64,000 nucleotides of DNA from Octopus vulgaris (GCA_951406725.2 OX597818.1:119412001-119476000), one strand, 5' to 3'; positions 27,244 through 41,489 are shown, counted from the stretch's first letter. Made by a program: numbers and translations. The notes: generated by a model not told the origin, from the sequence alone.

Positions 27244-27542
27244 TCACCGTGATCACCGTGACCGACCAGGCTATCATATGTTGCTACACATCGCTGGTCA
27301 CAATGCGCTTTAGCCTTCAAATGACGCAACCCCACTGGTTAAGCGAGCAGGCCAACAGAAGAAAGAGTGAGAGAAAGTTGTGGCGAAAGAGTACAGCAGG
27401 GATCGCCACCATCCCTGCAGGAGCCTCTTATAGCTTTAGGTGTTTTTGCTCAATAAACACTCATAACGCCCGGTCTGGGAATCGAAACCGCAATCCTACG
27501 ACCGCGAGTCCGCTGCCCTAACCACTGGGCCATTGCGCCTCC

Positions 27543-27544
<2 letters not shown>
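27244..27544 (-). mobile_element. SINE family C (tail type 3)
   Basis: Same head, third tail ending CACGGTGATCACGGTGA. Confidence 0.88.
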
Positions 27545-27603
<59 letters not shown>

Positions 27604-27714
27604 CATACATACATACATACATACATACATACATACATACATACATACATACATACGTATATACATGCATGTGTATGCTTGCATACACTGACCCACACAC
27701 ATGCGCACAAACAA

Positions 27715-28088
<374 letters not shown>

Positions 28089-28866
28089 TATGTATGACTG
28101 TATGAGTGTATGCGCGCGCGTATGTGTATACACTGAAAGTGAATGAGTGAAAGAATGAAGTATTTCTGCAAACCAGATGAGTTTTCTGAAATTACAGCCG
28201 TAAGCGTTATCAAACGAAATTAATGTATGTTCGACAGAATATTTTCGGATTTCTAAATACTTGCAATAATAAAACCGCAACTTATCTAACTTCAATAAAA
28301 CTTCAGGGACATTTACACCGTTCTTATTTAACAGCGGTACTAATTTACAAACACATGAACAAAAGTTCATGAAACCATATGTCGCTCGTTAATTTGTGTG
28401 GCAGTATGCAGATGTATTTAGTAAGGAGGAAAATGAAATGGTATACAATGAAATTGTGTATGTTGTGAGTCTCAGAGAAGTGGTTTAGATCCAATTAAGA
28501 TAATGATATGGAATTCAAATTTTCCCCGTAAAACGAATAGCTGCTTATCTCCATGTGATATATGTACTACTGGCATAGCCGTAAGCTAGGAACCGTTGCG
28601 CCTTAGAACTTTAAAATGCTAAAATGAATACTTTGTAAGAAAATGGAAGACATTTTAAGCTATATATTGCACAAAGATTTTGCGATGTTATTTAAAATCG
28701 CCATCTTGTTTAGAGAGTGAACAAAAAATATGTATCAGATTGATATTTGCATTCAGCATAGACAGCCATTTTTTAATGAAGTAACGTCTGCGTGTCAAAA
28801 AGTCAACTCTAATATTCAGCACGTTATTTATTTGGAGGCAAGAGAAATATCTGCCTACCTAACATA

Positions 28867-29260
28867 TCGTCCCCAAAGTCCATCCCCTCCTCACCGTGGT
28901 GGGGACGCTGGCAACGGGTAGTGTCAGAGCTATGCCATCGGGAACTTCGGTTCCTGGTAGGGCCACCCAAGGCGGATTGGTCTAACACCGAGTGGTATTA
29001 GGGCCACATCTGGTGAAAATTATCGGAGTGTCTGTTTCGCCAACCGGCGGCGGCTCCTCGGTCGTTCTGTCCCTGCGTCTGCGGACAATCTGCGGCAAAC
29101 AGGATGTCTCTACATGCGGGATTATTGGGGACCGCTTGTGAAATTCATATTCCCACGAAACTTCTTCCACTGCCATGGTTCGAGATGACTCGAGGGTGGT
29201 GGAAGAAGCCGACTCAAACCGCCCAGGGTGAATGTCGCCACAAGTATAAGTACAAGTAAG
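28867..29260 (+). mobile_element. Short non-autonomous RTE-derived retroposon
   Basis: GC-rich; GAGCTATGCC...TAGGGCCACCCAAGGCGGA resembles the RTE/BovB 5' UTR as I recall it; AAGTA-repeat tail; TSD TACCTAA(A)CATA at 28856-28866 and 29261-29272. Confidence 0.75.
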
Positions 29261-30080
29261 TACCTAAACATAGACGACAGATTAGAAATTTTAGTGTTTC
29301 AGAGATTATATATAACATTTAAAGACTTTAAGGGTAATTTCATTACTAATCTAAGATTAGATTAACGGATAACCGGTATGAAGTTCGATCTATATAGTCA
29401 GTAAATTTATTTTAAATTAAGTCAATTTTCAGATTAAAACTCATGCTTCTCTTCCGTTATATAATAATAGTTACTAGTGACCAATTAGATCAATTACATA
29501 AATAATAAGCAGCTTCATAAATATATACCGACTGAGGGAGTAAAATCTACTCTTCTTAACATATTACATGCGTAATTAAATTTTGTAGTCATCTCGTAAA
29601 CATGTTAATTATCCACTTACAAAAAAGAAAAAGTATATAATTTCTGAAGTTGTAATACTTCATCAATATCTCCTCTAATTCCGCTTTTCATAAACATTAA
29701 ACTTATTTGATTCTTGCCTTATAAAGAGATATGGGATGAATTATGTGAAAAAACTGAAGAAAATCTGAAGAACTGTCTTTTTAAAAAAGTGTCCCGGTCG
29801 GTGTCTCCGCTCCTCGCAGCATAAGTACAGATTCTTTCAAATCCGTTGGTTGAAACCGCTTTTCACAATTAATGGAGAAATTTTGAGCGGAAATATCCCC
29901 TTTCTGTGTTCCAGTGGTAAAAATAAATTTTTACTTGAGTAGGTGAATCAATTCGGTAAAGGCTTCATTCGAACTTGTCATTCTAACATTAATATTACCG
30001 TGCATAATACTTTCCAATCTTTGTTTTAAGATTATTGTGTTTGGAGTTACATATAATAGCTAGACATTGCTTGGTATACT

Positions 30081-30192
30081 AAATTTCCTTATTAACAGAT
30101 ACGAATATATTATTGTTAATTTCTTATACAATACTCAAATTTCCTTATTAACAGATACGAATATATTATTGTTAATTTCTTATACAATACTC
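30081..30192. repeat. Perfect 56-bp tandem duplication
   Basis: AAATTTCCTTATTAACAG...ACAATACTC present twice. Confidence 0.95.
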
Positions 30193-30478
30193 AAGGTTAA
30201 GCTAATTATATTAAACCTAAAGATGTGTAGTATTAAAATGCTATAGATTTCAACAATATTCTGATAATCAAAAACATTTTCGTTAGAAATATTAGACAGT
30301 TCATTTTCACATTAAATCCTAAAAATGGATTTCATTAACCTTCTTACATAAATTGGTGGTAGCTTTAAACATGGAATCTATTTATATGGAGGACAGGATT
30401 AAGAGGAAACTATATATGAGATGTATATTTCTGAAAAAGATTATGTTCTTTCCGATAATGATATCGTTTTCATAAACC

Positions 30479-30862
30479 TATTTCTTTACTACCCACAAGG
30501 AGCTAAACACAGACGGGACAAACAAGGACAGACAAACGGATTAAGTCGATTATATCAACCCCAGTGCGTAACTGGTACTTAATTTATCGACCCGAAAGGA
30601 TGAAAGGCAAAGTCGACCTCGGCGGAATTTGAACTCAGAACGTAACGGCAGACGAAATACCTATTTCTTTACTACCCACAAGGGGCTACACACACAGGGG
30701 AGAAACAAGGACAGACAAACGGATTAAGTAGATTACATCGACCCCAGTGCGTAACTGGTACTTAATTTATCGACCCCGAAAGGATGAAAGGCAAAGTCGA
30801 CTTCGGCGGAATTTGAACTCAGAATGTAACGGCAGACGAAATACGGCTACGCATTTCGCCCT
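30479..30862 (-). mobile_element. Dimeric family B SINE inside one 18-bp TSD
   Basis: Two 5'-truncated units; TSD ATATCGT(T/G)TTCATAAACC at 30461-30478 and 30863-30880. Confidence 0.88.
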
Positions 30863-30899
30863 ATATCGTGTTCATAAACCATTAAAACTATATTTTCTT

Positions 30900-31104
30900 T
30901 TGTGTCTGGGGAGAGTCATTTTCTTTTTGTGCCTTATACTGTAAAACTCTCACCGGTAAAATTTCTGAAACAGCAAGAACAACAATCTCAGCATGGTAAG
31001 AATCAATACAGGTACCCAAACATTATCGACGGGATTATCATGTCAGAATGTAAACTACCAGAGGATTTCGTCACCAGGACCCGGAAAACAATACGGCCAT
31101 CCTC

Positions 31105-31136
<32 letters not shown>

Positions 31137-31364
31137 AAATACACCTCCGGAATATATGGTGCAGTACAGCTAAATTCAGATGAAATGCATGCTTTAGAGT
31201 TACCACCAAAATTCGCTACATAAAATAAGAAATAAGTGGAAATTTTACCGGTGAGTGTGTTACATTATAAGGCACAAAAAGAAAATCACTCTCGCCAGAC
31301 ACAACAGAATATGCTTCAACACACAGACTCATAGAAAGAATCTTGCAAACCAAATCCAAAAACG
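30900..31364 (+). mobile_element. Internally deleted PLE-like insertion with inverted 5' arm
   Basis: 30900-30965 is an inverted copy of about 31239-31303; middle encodes VQLNSDEMHALELPPKFA; 14-bp TSD AACTATATTTTCTT. Confidence 0.65.
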
Positions 31365-32478
31365 AACTATATTTTCTTGTTAAACATAAATATCTAAAGA
31401 GCGTGATATAAAAATATTTAACGTAAGATGAAATTGTACCAATACCACCAGTTTCCAATGAGTATAAGGAGAATACATTTTCCGTTTCCAACAGGCTAAA
31501 TTCATATCATTTCTATAAATGAAACAGCCTTATTATTTTACCTCTCAAGTTGGGTTGCCTTTATTTATTTCTCAATTGATGTAGCTCAACGTGAAGAAAT
31601 AGTTAAATAATGAATATGTCTTTACAAAGGTACTGTGAAATTATCAAAACATTTTAACATTTAAACATACCTGACTACTATCTAAATATACTTGTAGCTG
31701 AAAGGATAATATTAACAATTATGAAATAGATTGATCTGTTATTGGACATATATACCCCTATGGCAATTGCTGCAGGTTCGATCTATGTCCATGGTGAAAT
31801 AAAGTTTAGTGTATAGTATTTTGTTTTCCAAATTTAACAAAAGTTGGAAAATATTACTTGCAGTTCCATCCATATTTATTCGGTAATTTCCAGCTATCAA
31901 CTGGATAAAGCAGTTTATTAACCAGAAAATGGATTTACGAAACGATGAAATATGCTCAAATATTGAAGCACATATAATTTAATTATTCATCAACACGAAA
32001 AAGCCATTATCAATAGACACTTTTATTATTTGTCTGTGTATTTTCCATATATAATAAATGAAGACAAGAAAACAATCGTCTAGATTTGGATCTGAATATA
32101 TAAATATATCACATCGTATTAGCTGAGAATCTATTATATGAATATAAGATGCAGTTTCTAATTGATTTCTATAATATCTTGAAGCTTAATCATATGTCGA
32201 TGTGTTTACAGATATAATTATATGTATATTTTTAAGGTTGCTTCCTTTCTGCGATACTTCGAATGACCTGCAACGCCGTTCAAAACACGGAGTAACGTTT
32301 GAAAAAGCCTTTAGAGCTAATAGAATGTACGAACTCTACTTTGAATATTGAGTGCTATTTGGGGATTACGAACACAAAATTGTTTTACTACATATTTATG
32401 TATGTGTGTTTCTGAGTGTATCTATACATGCGTTATTACATACATACACATATACATCTAACTAAACATGTGAGTAAA

Positions 32479-32514
<36 letters not shown>

Positions 32515-32845
32515 CATACATACATACATACATACATACATACATACATACATACATGCATATAGATATATGCACATTTACTCACATGTTTACATATGTC
32601 TTTATGTATATAATAACGCATGTATATATATATATATATATGTATGTATAGATGTTTATATAGACAGACAAATATAATGTGTGTATGTGTACATAGGCAA
32701 CATTCCATTTCTTAACGCATATATATATATATACACACACATATATATATATATGTATACATATATATATATATACATACATACATATGCATATATATAT
32801 ATATATACATACATACATATGCATATATATAAAACTTATATATGC

Positions 32846-32889
<44 letters not shown>

Positions 32890-33385
32890 CACGCACACAC
32901 ATAATATGTATCTCACGTATTTCCATCTTCTTGTTTCTCCCTACATCTAAATTTGAAAAGGAAATCTCGATTCTTTATGTATGTTTGTATGATTTCGATA
33001 ATCTACATCATTTTAATTTAATCTCCTTCATGTCTTACTACTTCTTTTCAACACCATTCCGTTTTAACATACGCAGGATTACTGTCTTTCGTTCATACTG
33101 GATTCTTGTAATATATTCAAACGCAAGTTCCTTTTATAAACCCCTTCAATTAATTATTCATCATTGGTTTTCAGTACGACATAAAATTTATGGTAATTTA
33201 TTCATATACATATCATCGTCTCAGCTTGCAAATGAAAGAGATTTGTTTGTAGTTTCGAATCTGCAATGCCTACCCGTATTATTGTTCTGTGTCAAGCTCA
33301 GGGTCAGCTTTCACCGGGCAGTAAACGTAATGTGAAAGATATTGCAGGTAGCTTATATCTGTGTGGTAAATACTTATCTCTATCG

Positions 33386-33806
33386 TAGCTGTGTAGTAAG
33401 TAGTTTGCTTACGAACCACATGGTTCCGGGTTCAGTCCCACTACGTGGCACTTTGGGAAAGTGTCTTCTGCTATAGCCTCGGGCCGACCCGAACCTTGTG
33501 AGTGGATTTTGTAGGCGGAAACTGAAAGAAGCCCATCGTATATATATATATATATATATATATGTACGTGTGTGTATACGTTTGCGTGTCTGTGTTCGTC
33601 CCCCAACATCGCTTGACAACCGATGATGCTATGTGTTTACGTCCCCCGTAACTTAGCGGTTCGGTAAAAGAGACCGATAGAATAAGTACTAGGCTTACAA
33701 GGAATAAGTCTTGGGTTCGATTTGCTCGACTAAAGGCGGTGCTCCAGCATGGCTACAGTCAAACGACTGAAACAAGTAAAAGAGCAAAAAAGTAAAAGAG
33801 TAAAAG
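33386..33806 (+). mobile_element. SINE family A
   Basis: Family match. Confidence 0.9.
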
Positions 33807-34254
33807 ATCATAGAACTACATCAGACTATATTAAGTAAAATTTTTCTAATGTATTCCTATTCTAACATCCATTACATTTGAGTTCGAACTTAATTTTCGT
33901 CATTCTAACGGTCGATAAATAAAATGTCAGCCATATACTGAGAAAACTTACAAATTAACCGGTTTCTCTTGCACCTATGATGGAAATCCTTTCTAGGAGG
34001 TTCACGCGTGCTTTGTAGGTAATTTTGCTGCTACATGAAGCTGCTAGCCGTGTAACCGAACGCCTGCACTTTGGTTGTAATGTGAGAAAGTTGCACCCCA
34101 AAAATTATACGGATGCCATTTCTAAGATCATATTATCGACAAAGGAAGAAGTATTTATCTTGTCATTTGGTCTCCTGTAAACATCAGTTAGGTTTCCCTT
34201 GAATTAAACCCTGCCAACTTTAAAATGATAAAGAATTGCTGAATGTATATATTT

Positions 34255-34356
34255 ATGTGTGTGTGTGTGTGTTTGTGTGTGTGCTGTATGTGTATGTCTA
34301 TATATATATATGTATGTATCTATGTATATGTATGTATATGTATGTATGTATATATG

Positions 34357-34419
<63 letters not shown>

Positions 34420-34510
34420 GTATGTATATATATATATGAATATAGATACATCTATATATACACATATGCATATATGTATATATATGCATATATATATAAA
34501 TATATATATA
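34255..34510. repeat. Compound TG/TATG/TA microsatellite
   Basis: Direct reading. Confidence 0.95.
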
Positions 34511-35545
34511 CAAGTGCAGAGAAAGATTGAGATAGAGAAAGAGAAAGGGAGAAAGAAACGCATTCGATGATAGTTTTTCTAAACCTGGGCTTAACAAGGG
34601 ATTCAATCACGGCAATAATAACATACTCTTTCGGCTAAACCAACAACGCAGCCTCTTCTCGATCGATTATCAGCTAGAATTATGAACCAATTCAAAAAAC
34701 ATGAATGGCATATTGGATTATGGAAGCTCAGATATAACACATCAGGAGAAAACAACACGGTCACGCTAGTAAAAGAAAAAATGTTCTCGGTTTGAATGCC
34801 TGTCAAACCAGCTCACATATATGTGCGTTTGTTTGTTTATGTGTTTTTGTGTGTGTTTTTGTTTGTGTGTGAAGGTGTGTGTATCAAAAATCGAAATATG
34901 GTTGTTATATCTATATTTAAATTTTCCAAATATAACAACCATCTTTCGACATTTAGGTATCGTGATAAGAGACAAACAACAAACCTTTCGGTTTTAATCT
35001 TGAAACTTAAATACAAAGGGACCAATTTCGATATCAAACGGGTCTAAAAATGTCCAGTATGTTCCCTTGAAGGAGTGTATATATTAAACAATTGTCAACC
35101 TCCAACCAATACATAAATTCAAGGAACGAGAGCTTTTTTTATGCCCACATATCAAGCAATACATCTTACCGGAATTTAATATTAGACCACCGGACACTTA
35201 ATAAACCAATAATATATGGTTTACATCTGCTTCATATTGAATTGATGTAACTGTGGTTATCCTCCTAGTGTTTTTATTTTATTTTTTCTTTACAAACGTA
35301 ACTTGTTTAAACGTTATCTGCTCAAAAGATAGGGAGTCACAATTTTGGATATTTCTTTATTAACGCTTTCGTTCGTTTAGCGAACTCGTCAAGACAAGAT
35401 GGAAAAGACGGAACGTTTTACTGATCATGCCCTATATTCTGTGTAATTCCATATTTTCCATGAACAAATATTAAATATTAGTACAATATTTATAAATTAG
35501 GAAAATAAAATCAGAACGTAAAAAAATAATGTGTTACTGTTTATA

Positions 35546-36062
35546 TTGGATTGTCCGGAAAGTTCATGCCGATTTATAATAGCTTACCTTTCGACTTATT
35601 TTAGAACATGGTTGAGTCCATGAAATAGGATTTGACTACACCTCCATTTAGAGCACAGATTAAGCTATCTTTTCGTGGAAGAAGGTTTATGTCTTTATAA
35701 TCTGTGTTAATTCTGTAACCCTTTAAAATGGAAGATAAGAAAGTTCGTTTTCGGTACTTGATGCTTTGGGAACCAGACAAAAAATCGCTGCAGCTCGGCT
35801 GGGATGTGCTACTCCACCCTCCATATTCACCAGATATTGCTCCTTCGGATTTCCACTTATTCAGGTCTCTGCAGAATAGTCTTAATTGTAAAAATTGCAA
35901 TTCTTTGTATGACGTAAAAGATACCTTGATGAATTCTTTGCCATGAAACCACCTCAATTCTGAGAAGAGGATATTTTCAAGTTAAAGGAAAGATGGAGAC
36001 GCATTGTGCAACAGAATGGTTCATATTTGGTTGATTAAAAATGTAATGGCAAGTATTATTGA
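35546..36062 (+). mobile_element. Internally deleted mariner element
   Basis: TA + TTGGATTGTCCGGAAAGTTC TIR-like start; N-terminus MEDKKVRFR joined directly to WDVLLHPPYSPDIAPSDFHLFRSLQN (YSPDLAPSD motif). Confidence 0.88.
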
Positions 36063-36067
36063 AGCCC

Positions 36068-36068
<1 letters not shown>

Positions 36069-36134
<66 letters not shown>
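36069..36134. repeat. (AAT)n microsatellite
   Basis: Direct reading. Confidence 0.98.
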
Positions 36135-36782
36135 GGGTGTAGATTCTTAGCACCTGTAGAATATAAAGCAAGACATGACAGAGTCGGCCAGTATTTACAC
36201 TGGACAATATGTCGGCATTATAAAATCAAAACCGCTGACAAATGGTATAAGCTGTGACTGAAGGAGAAAATGTGTCGATTCTATGAGACTTACCCGTACA
36301 TACCAACAAAACTATAAAAGCGAATAAACCGGATATTATTATATAAGATCAGACAAAAAAGGTGTGTTTATTAATTAACATGAGTATTCCTTGCGATCAC
36401 AATATAGCGGCGAAATAATTTGACAAGATCAGTAAATATAAAGACTTGCTAATAGAAATTGAAAAAATGTGGCATCTCAAGGCGACTACAGTACCAGTGA
36501 TTGTAGGATCTCTAGGAATGATAAAATAATGGTACTGAAACCTATTTGAAAATGATACCAGGCTTACCATCCTAACAGGTAGTACAAAAAACGTGTTAAC
36601 TGGAAAGACTCATGTACTGAGAAGAGCATTATCGCTGTGAAAACAACATCATTTATGAATTTATTTATTTATTATTTTTTTAAATACATATTTTGTCTGT
36701 GAATTTGCGTGTGAAATCTGGGAATGCATACAATGAGCTTCTCTGCCCTAGGTGTACGGAAAACACTCGGCGAGAAACGGAA
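36135..36782 (+). mobile_element. R4/Dong-like non-LTR 3' end (RLE domain) inside (AAT)n
   Basis: LHWTICRHY..KWY, ANKPDIII, KISKYKDL, VPVIVGSLGM with stops; (AAT)n on both sides. Confidence 0.85.
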
Positions 36783-36939
36783 AATAATAATAATGATAAT
36801 AAACACTTGAAAGACCGCTGTAAACTTGTGGATACGTAAGGTTATAGGTAGTAACCCCCTACCCACATGAATCATACAAGGAATAAGACCGAACCTGAGC
36901 GAAACCAAAATAATAATAAGCACCAAACAATTTTTTATT

Positions 36940-37245
36940 TGATCAGAATGGAATTTGAAATTGGTATATGTACCAAGACCACATTTAGCAAGGGATAACT
37001 ATCACTACATGCAACATAACACTAGGTAGAGATATAGAGATACCGATATATATGAAAATTAGAATCCGAGGGCAGTTATATTTATCTAAGAATATGTGGA
37101 GGTTATGGGCTTAAACATTCACTAATGGGAGAAAAGACAAGAAATGAAGGCTGTCGGAGAAGCTTCAGGTTGATTACCAAAAACTAAACTAAGACCATAA
37201 ACAGGCTAGCCATACCAATAATCTCATACGGTTTCAATGTAATAA
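36940..37245 (+). mobile_element. R4/Dong-like RT remnant
   Basis: Decayed MEFEIGIC, SYIYL and TINRLAIPIISYGF motifs (cf. GMEFGLDKC, YKYLG, AIN..AIP...Y.F). Confidence 0.6.
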
Positions 37246-37771
37246 GCAGCACTCCGTTTATTCCTCTTTGTGATAAATAGTACTCCGTTTTATTCCTCTT
37301 TTGAGCCCTGCGGAATGACAGCAGCTGTTGAGATGGGATGCAGTCTGAACCAAGGAGAAGCTTTCACTGGGAGGAATAATCGGTTTTTATACAGCGCAGC
37401 ATTTGGAAAGACTAAGACGGATCGATCTCAGCAGGGTCCAAGTAATTCAGTGGTTTTTTGGGTATTTTTTTTTTCTTGGCATGATTAGGATTTGAGTTTG
37501 TTTGGCAAAGTTCGCTGCAAGGAGAATTATTCACATGACTGTAGTTAATATCTTCTAGAAGCAAAATTGTGTTTTGTCATGTATAAAATTATATGTACTC
37601 TCTTTCTCTCTCTCACACACACACAAGCGCACACACACGCACACATACACACACACACACATATTTATATATATATGCATATTGATATACGTTTCCAAAC
37701 ATGCAGGCACGTATACCACACAAACAACACACATACTCATACATACATACATACATACATACATACATACA

Positions 37772-37806
<35 letters not shown>

Positions 37807-37862
37807 GTATATATATATATTTATACATACATATATATATATAAATATAAATATATATATAT

Positions 37863-37894
<32 letters not shown>

Positions 37895-38724
37895 GTTATA
37901 TTTATATATATATATATATATATTATGCACGGAGAGCGAACATCAGAAAATGGAAGATAAATTTAATGTAGTTTGCCTGCAGTGTGTAAAGATTTCGCTC
38001 TGAACAGCGGAGAAATATAAATACGTCATGTTAATCTCTTCGCTTACGGAAAAATAACGATATTATCCTGACAAATTTCATGGATGTTTGACCACTCAAC
38101 GGAGGATAAGTACGCCTCGCACTCTTCCACACGCAATCGATTTAAATCCAGCACAAATCCTGATCTAGCTAAAATCGCAGAACTAATTTACATATCGTAC
38201 ATTGATCAGTGGTTTGAGTAAACACTCAAATATTTTATGCACAAACAACGCGTATTAGAAAATCTAAGATAAATTTAGTGCAGTTAACCTACAATTTATA
38301 ATATATATATGTTGCCATCAAACGTAAATACAGTTTTCTATTTTAACATCTTCATACACAGAAAAATATACAGATATTCTTGAACTATTTTATTCTACAT
38401 AAGATAAGGCCCTCTCAACCAACAGTCTGCACATAAAACTTGACAGATCAGTTTTATTGTCTTGACATAACACGGTTCGATGTTACAACTTTGGTCTTCT
38501 CTGATAACAATAGCTATTTAGATCAGACGTGAAACAGGTCCAGACTTTATTGTCTATACTAATTTGCATATCAGTTGTTATTCGGTTTTGTGATTAAATA
38601 TTTTCTTAATGATCTATATACGAAGAACATATATTGGAAAATCTAGATAAATACAGTTTCGCAGAAGTCAACAGTGCAACGGGTGGAATGCGTGGAGGGG
38701 GGGGTAACCGAAAATAAAATATAT

Positions 38725-38956
38725 ATTTCTTTATTGCCCACAAGGGGCTAAACATAGAGGGGACAAACAAGGACAGACAAACGGATTAAGTCGATTACAT
38801 CGACTCCAGTGCGTAACTGGTACTTAATTTATCGACCCCGAAAGGATGAAACGCAAAGTCGACCTCGACGGAATTTGAACCCAGAACGTAACGGCAGACG
38901 ATATATGGCTACGCATTTCGCCCGACGTGCAAACGTTTCTGCCAGCTCACCGCCTT
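38725..38956 (-). mobile_element. SINE family B, full length
   Basis: Minus head GGCGGTGAGCTGGCAGAAACG...GGGTTCAAATTCC, core and tail. Confidence 0.9.
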
Positions 38957-39314
38957 AAGTATCCACATATATAAAATTAAAGAGTGGTGCCACAACATCA
39001 TGCCTTCTAATTACATCGCTGTTTCTACTAATAAATTGATCCTTGTTTGTCCTAACCCCATTGCAGCATATGTATAGTGCTTGCGTGTGACTATTTGCTA
39101 GTCTTCTCTGGCGACAAAAATTAGTAAAGTGTGACCATGTCAAACACAGAGAGTATGGGTTTACCCTACTTTTTCATATTTCTGTTTCTGAAATAAAAAT
39201 GCGACAACTTAGGAAACACCTACGTTGAAATGGAGTTTTAAAAAGAAACTAAAATTTATAAATATTAAGAGTGATGCTAAGTAATTTTTTATGAATATGG
39301 AAGACGTTTCGCAA

Positions 39315-39762
39315 GGCGCAGGAGTGGCTGTGTGGTAAGTAGCTTGCTTCCCAACCACATGGTTCTGGGTTCAGTCCCAATGCGTGGCATCTTGGGCAAG
39401 TGTCTTCTACTGTAGCCTCGGGTCGACCAAAGCCTAGTGAATGGATTTGGTACATTTGTGTGTGTATGTGTGTATGTACACACACACACACACGCACGGA
39501 GAGTGTTATGTATGTATGTATGTATGTATGTATGTATGTATGTATGTACATGTTTAAATCTCTGTGTTTGTATCCACAACAGCTCTTGACAACCGATGTT
39601 GGTGTGTTAACGTTCCAGTAACTTAGCGGTTCGGCAAAAGAGAGCGATAGAATAAGTACTAGGCTTTACAAAGAATAAGCCTTGGGGTCGATTTGGTAGA
39701 CTAAATGCGATACTCCAGCATGGTCGCGGTCAAATCTCTTAAACAAATAAAAGAATAAAAGA
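39315..39762 (+). mobile_element. SINE family A
   Basis: Family match; internal tract here is mostly (TATG)n. Confidence 0.88.
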
Positions 39763-40187
39763 GAAAAATGAACGACTGGGGTGCAAAAGCGTATGTTGTA
39801 ATGCATTAATAAGTCCTATTAAATTCTTCTCGCGAATTATTATTGTTATGTTTATCCAAAGCTGAAAGGAGTTCCGCTTTGTATAAGCATACCATCGGAT
39901 TATCCTGGAAGATGGAATTAACACGTGGTTGACGACAAAGGGAACCATAGGAGTTTTTAAGAGCGCATTCTGAGGCTTTTGCCCTAACAAAACTAAACGG
40001 TTATTTACATATGTGTGCGTGTGTGTGGGGGGGTGTCTGTGTGTGTGCTTGTGTGTGTGTGTATACACACATCATTATGTATATATTTATGTAGACATAT
40101 GATATATATATGTATATACATACACACACATATATATACGATATATATATACGATATATATGATATATTTAGATGTGCGTGTCTATG

Positions 40188-40251
<64 letters not shown>

Positions 40252-40369
40252 GTATATATATATATACGTATATATGATAATATGCACAAATATTTGTATA
40301 CATACATATATATACCTACAAATATGGATATATATATGTGTGTTTGTGTGTGCGCGCGCGTATTGTGTG

Positions 40370-40400
<31 letters not shown>

Positions 40401-40657
40401 TTAGATATGCATGTGTACGTGTGCCTATGTTTGTGTGTGTGTGTGTGAGTGCCTCTGTTTGTGTGTGGTAATAGTGTTCAAGCGTAGATAAATAGATATA
40501 TAAATAGATACCGGAAGAGAAAATTTAGTTTCTCCACAACCAAGCGTAAGACGTATATGCTAAGCAGTCTCTCGCTAAGCATTAAAGCCGATTACCGCAA
40601 CAGAATCATTTTTGTGAATTAATTCGGTATTACTACATCCAGTGTACTGACAATTGC

Positions 40658-40790
40658 CATCATCGTCGTCATCATCACCACCATTATCATCATCGTAATT
40701 ATCATCACCATCGTCATCACCATCATCGTCTCATCATCATAATCGTAATCATCGTCATTATCATCATCATCATCATCATTATTGCCATCA
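40658..40790. repeat. Imperfect (CAT)n
   Basis: Direct reading. Confidence 0.92.
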
Positions 40791-41179
40791 TCGTTGAAAT
40801 CGTATTTATTCGAATTTTTATGGGAAATCGTTATTGAAAAGGTTAAATTGTTTAGAGAGATGCATGTTGCGCCAACGAATAAATTTGTTGAAATGTGGAC
40901 GCGAGTTGCGAGCATGGGCCTACTAGACAGGTCTACCAGGAAACCTGGAGTTGGCCACTGTCTTCGCGTCCAAGGTGACCGTGACTTTCTGGGGATTTCA
41001 CAAGTAGTTGTTTCCCTACCATTTTGAGGAATTTTGTTTTGAACATTTTTTCTGTTTTTATTTATTTTTTTTTACTTTTGTAGCTCCTATGCTTTGTTTT
41101 ACAGAACGATGCTCCATGTGATAAAAGGTATCGTTCTGGACCGTCCTCGATCTCTTCTGATTTGTTAAGAAATCGTTCG

Positions 41180-41188
41180 TAGTAGTAA

Positions 41189-41248
<60 letters not shown>

Positions 41249-41294
41249 CAGTAGCAGTAGCAGTAGCATTAGTAGTAGTAGTAGTAGTAGTATC

Positions 41295-41335
<41 letters not shown>

Positions 41336-41384
41336 CAGCTGCAGCAGCATTAGTAGTAATAGTAGTAGCAGCTGCAGCAGCAAC

Positions 41385-41416
<32 letters not shown>

Positions 41417-41432
41417 CATTAGCAGCAGTAGC
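41180..41432. repeat. (TAG)n/(CAG)n trinucleotide tract
   Basis: Direct reading; explains the poly-Thr and poly-Leu ORFs. Confidence 0.97.
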
Positions 41433-41489
41433 ACAAGTAGTATTTTCATTTCGAACATTCAACGACAATATGAGTCTTCAAAAACAGTT

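Noticed and set aside
30993-31223. Poly-Gln ORF as a host exon
   Set aside because: It lies inside a TSD-bounded insertion and the Q run is a (CAA)n tract.
40782-41050. Possible Tx1-like C-terminus (KFVEMW)
   Set aside because: One short motif only; not supportable without a search.
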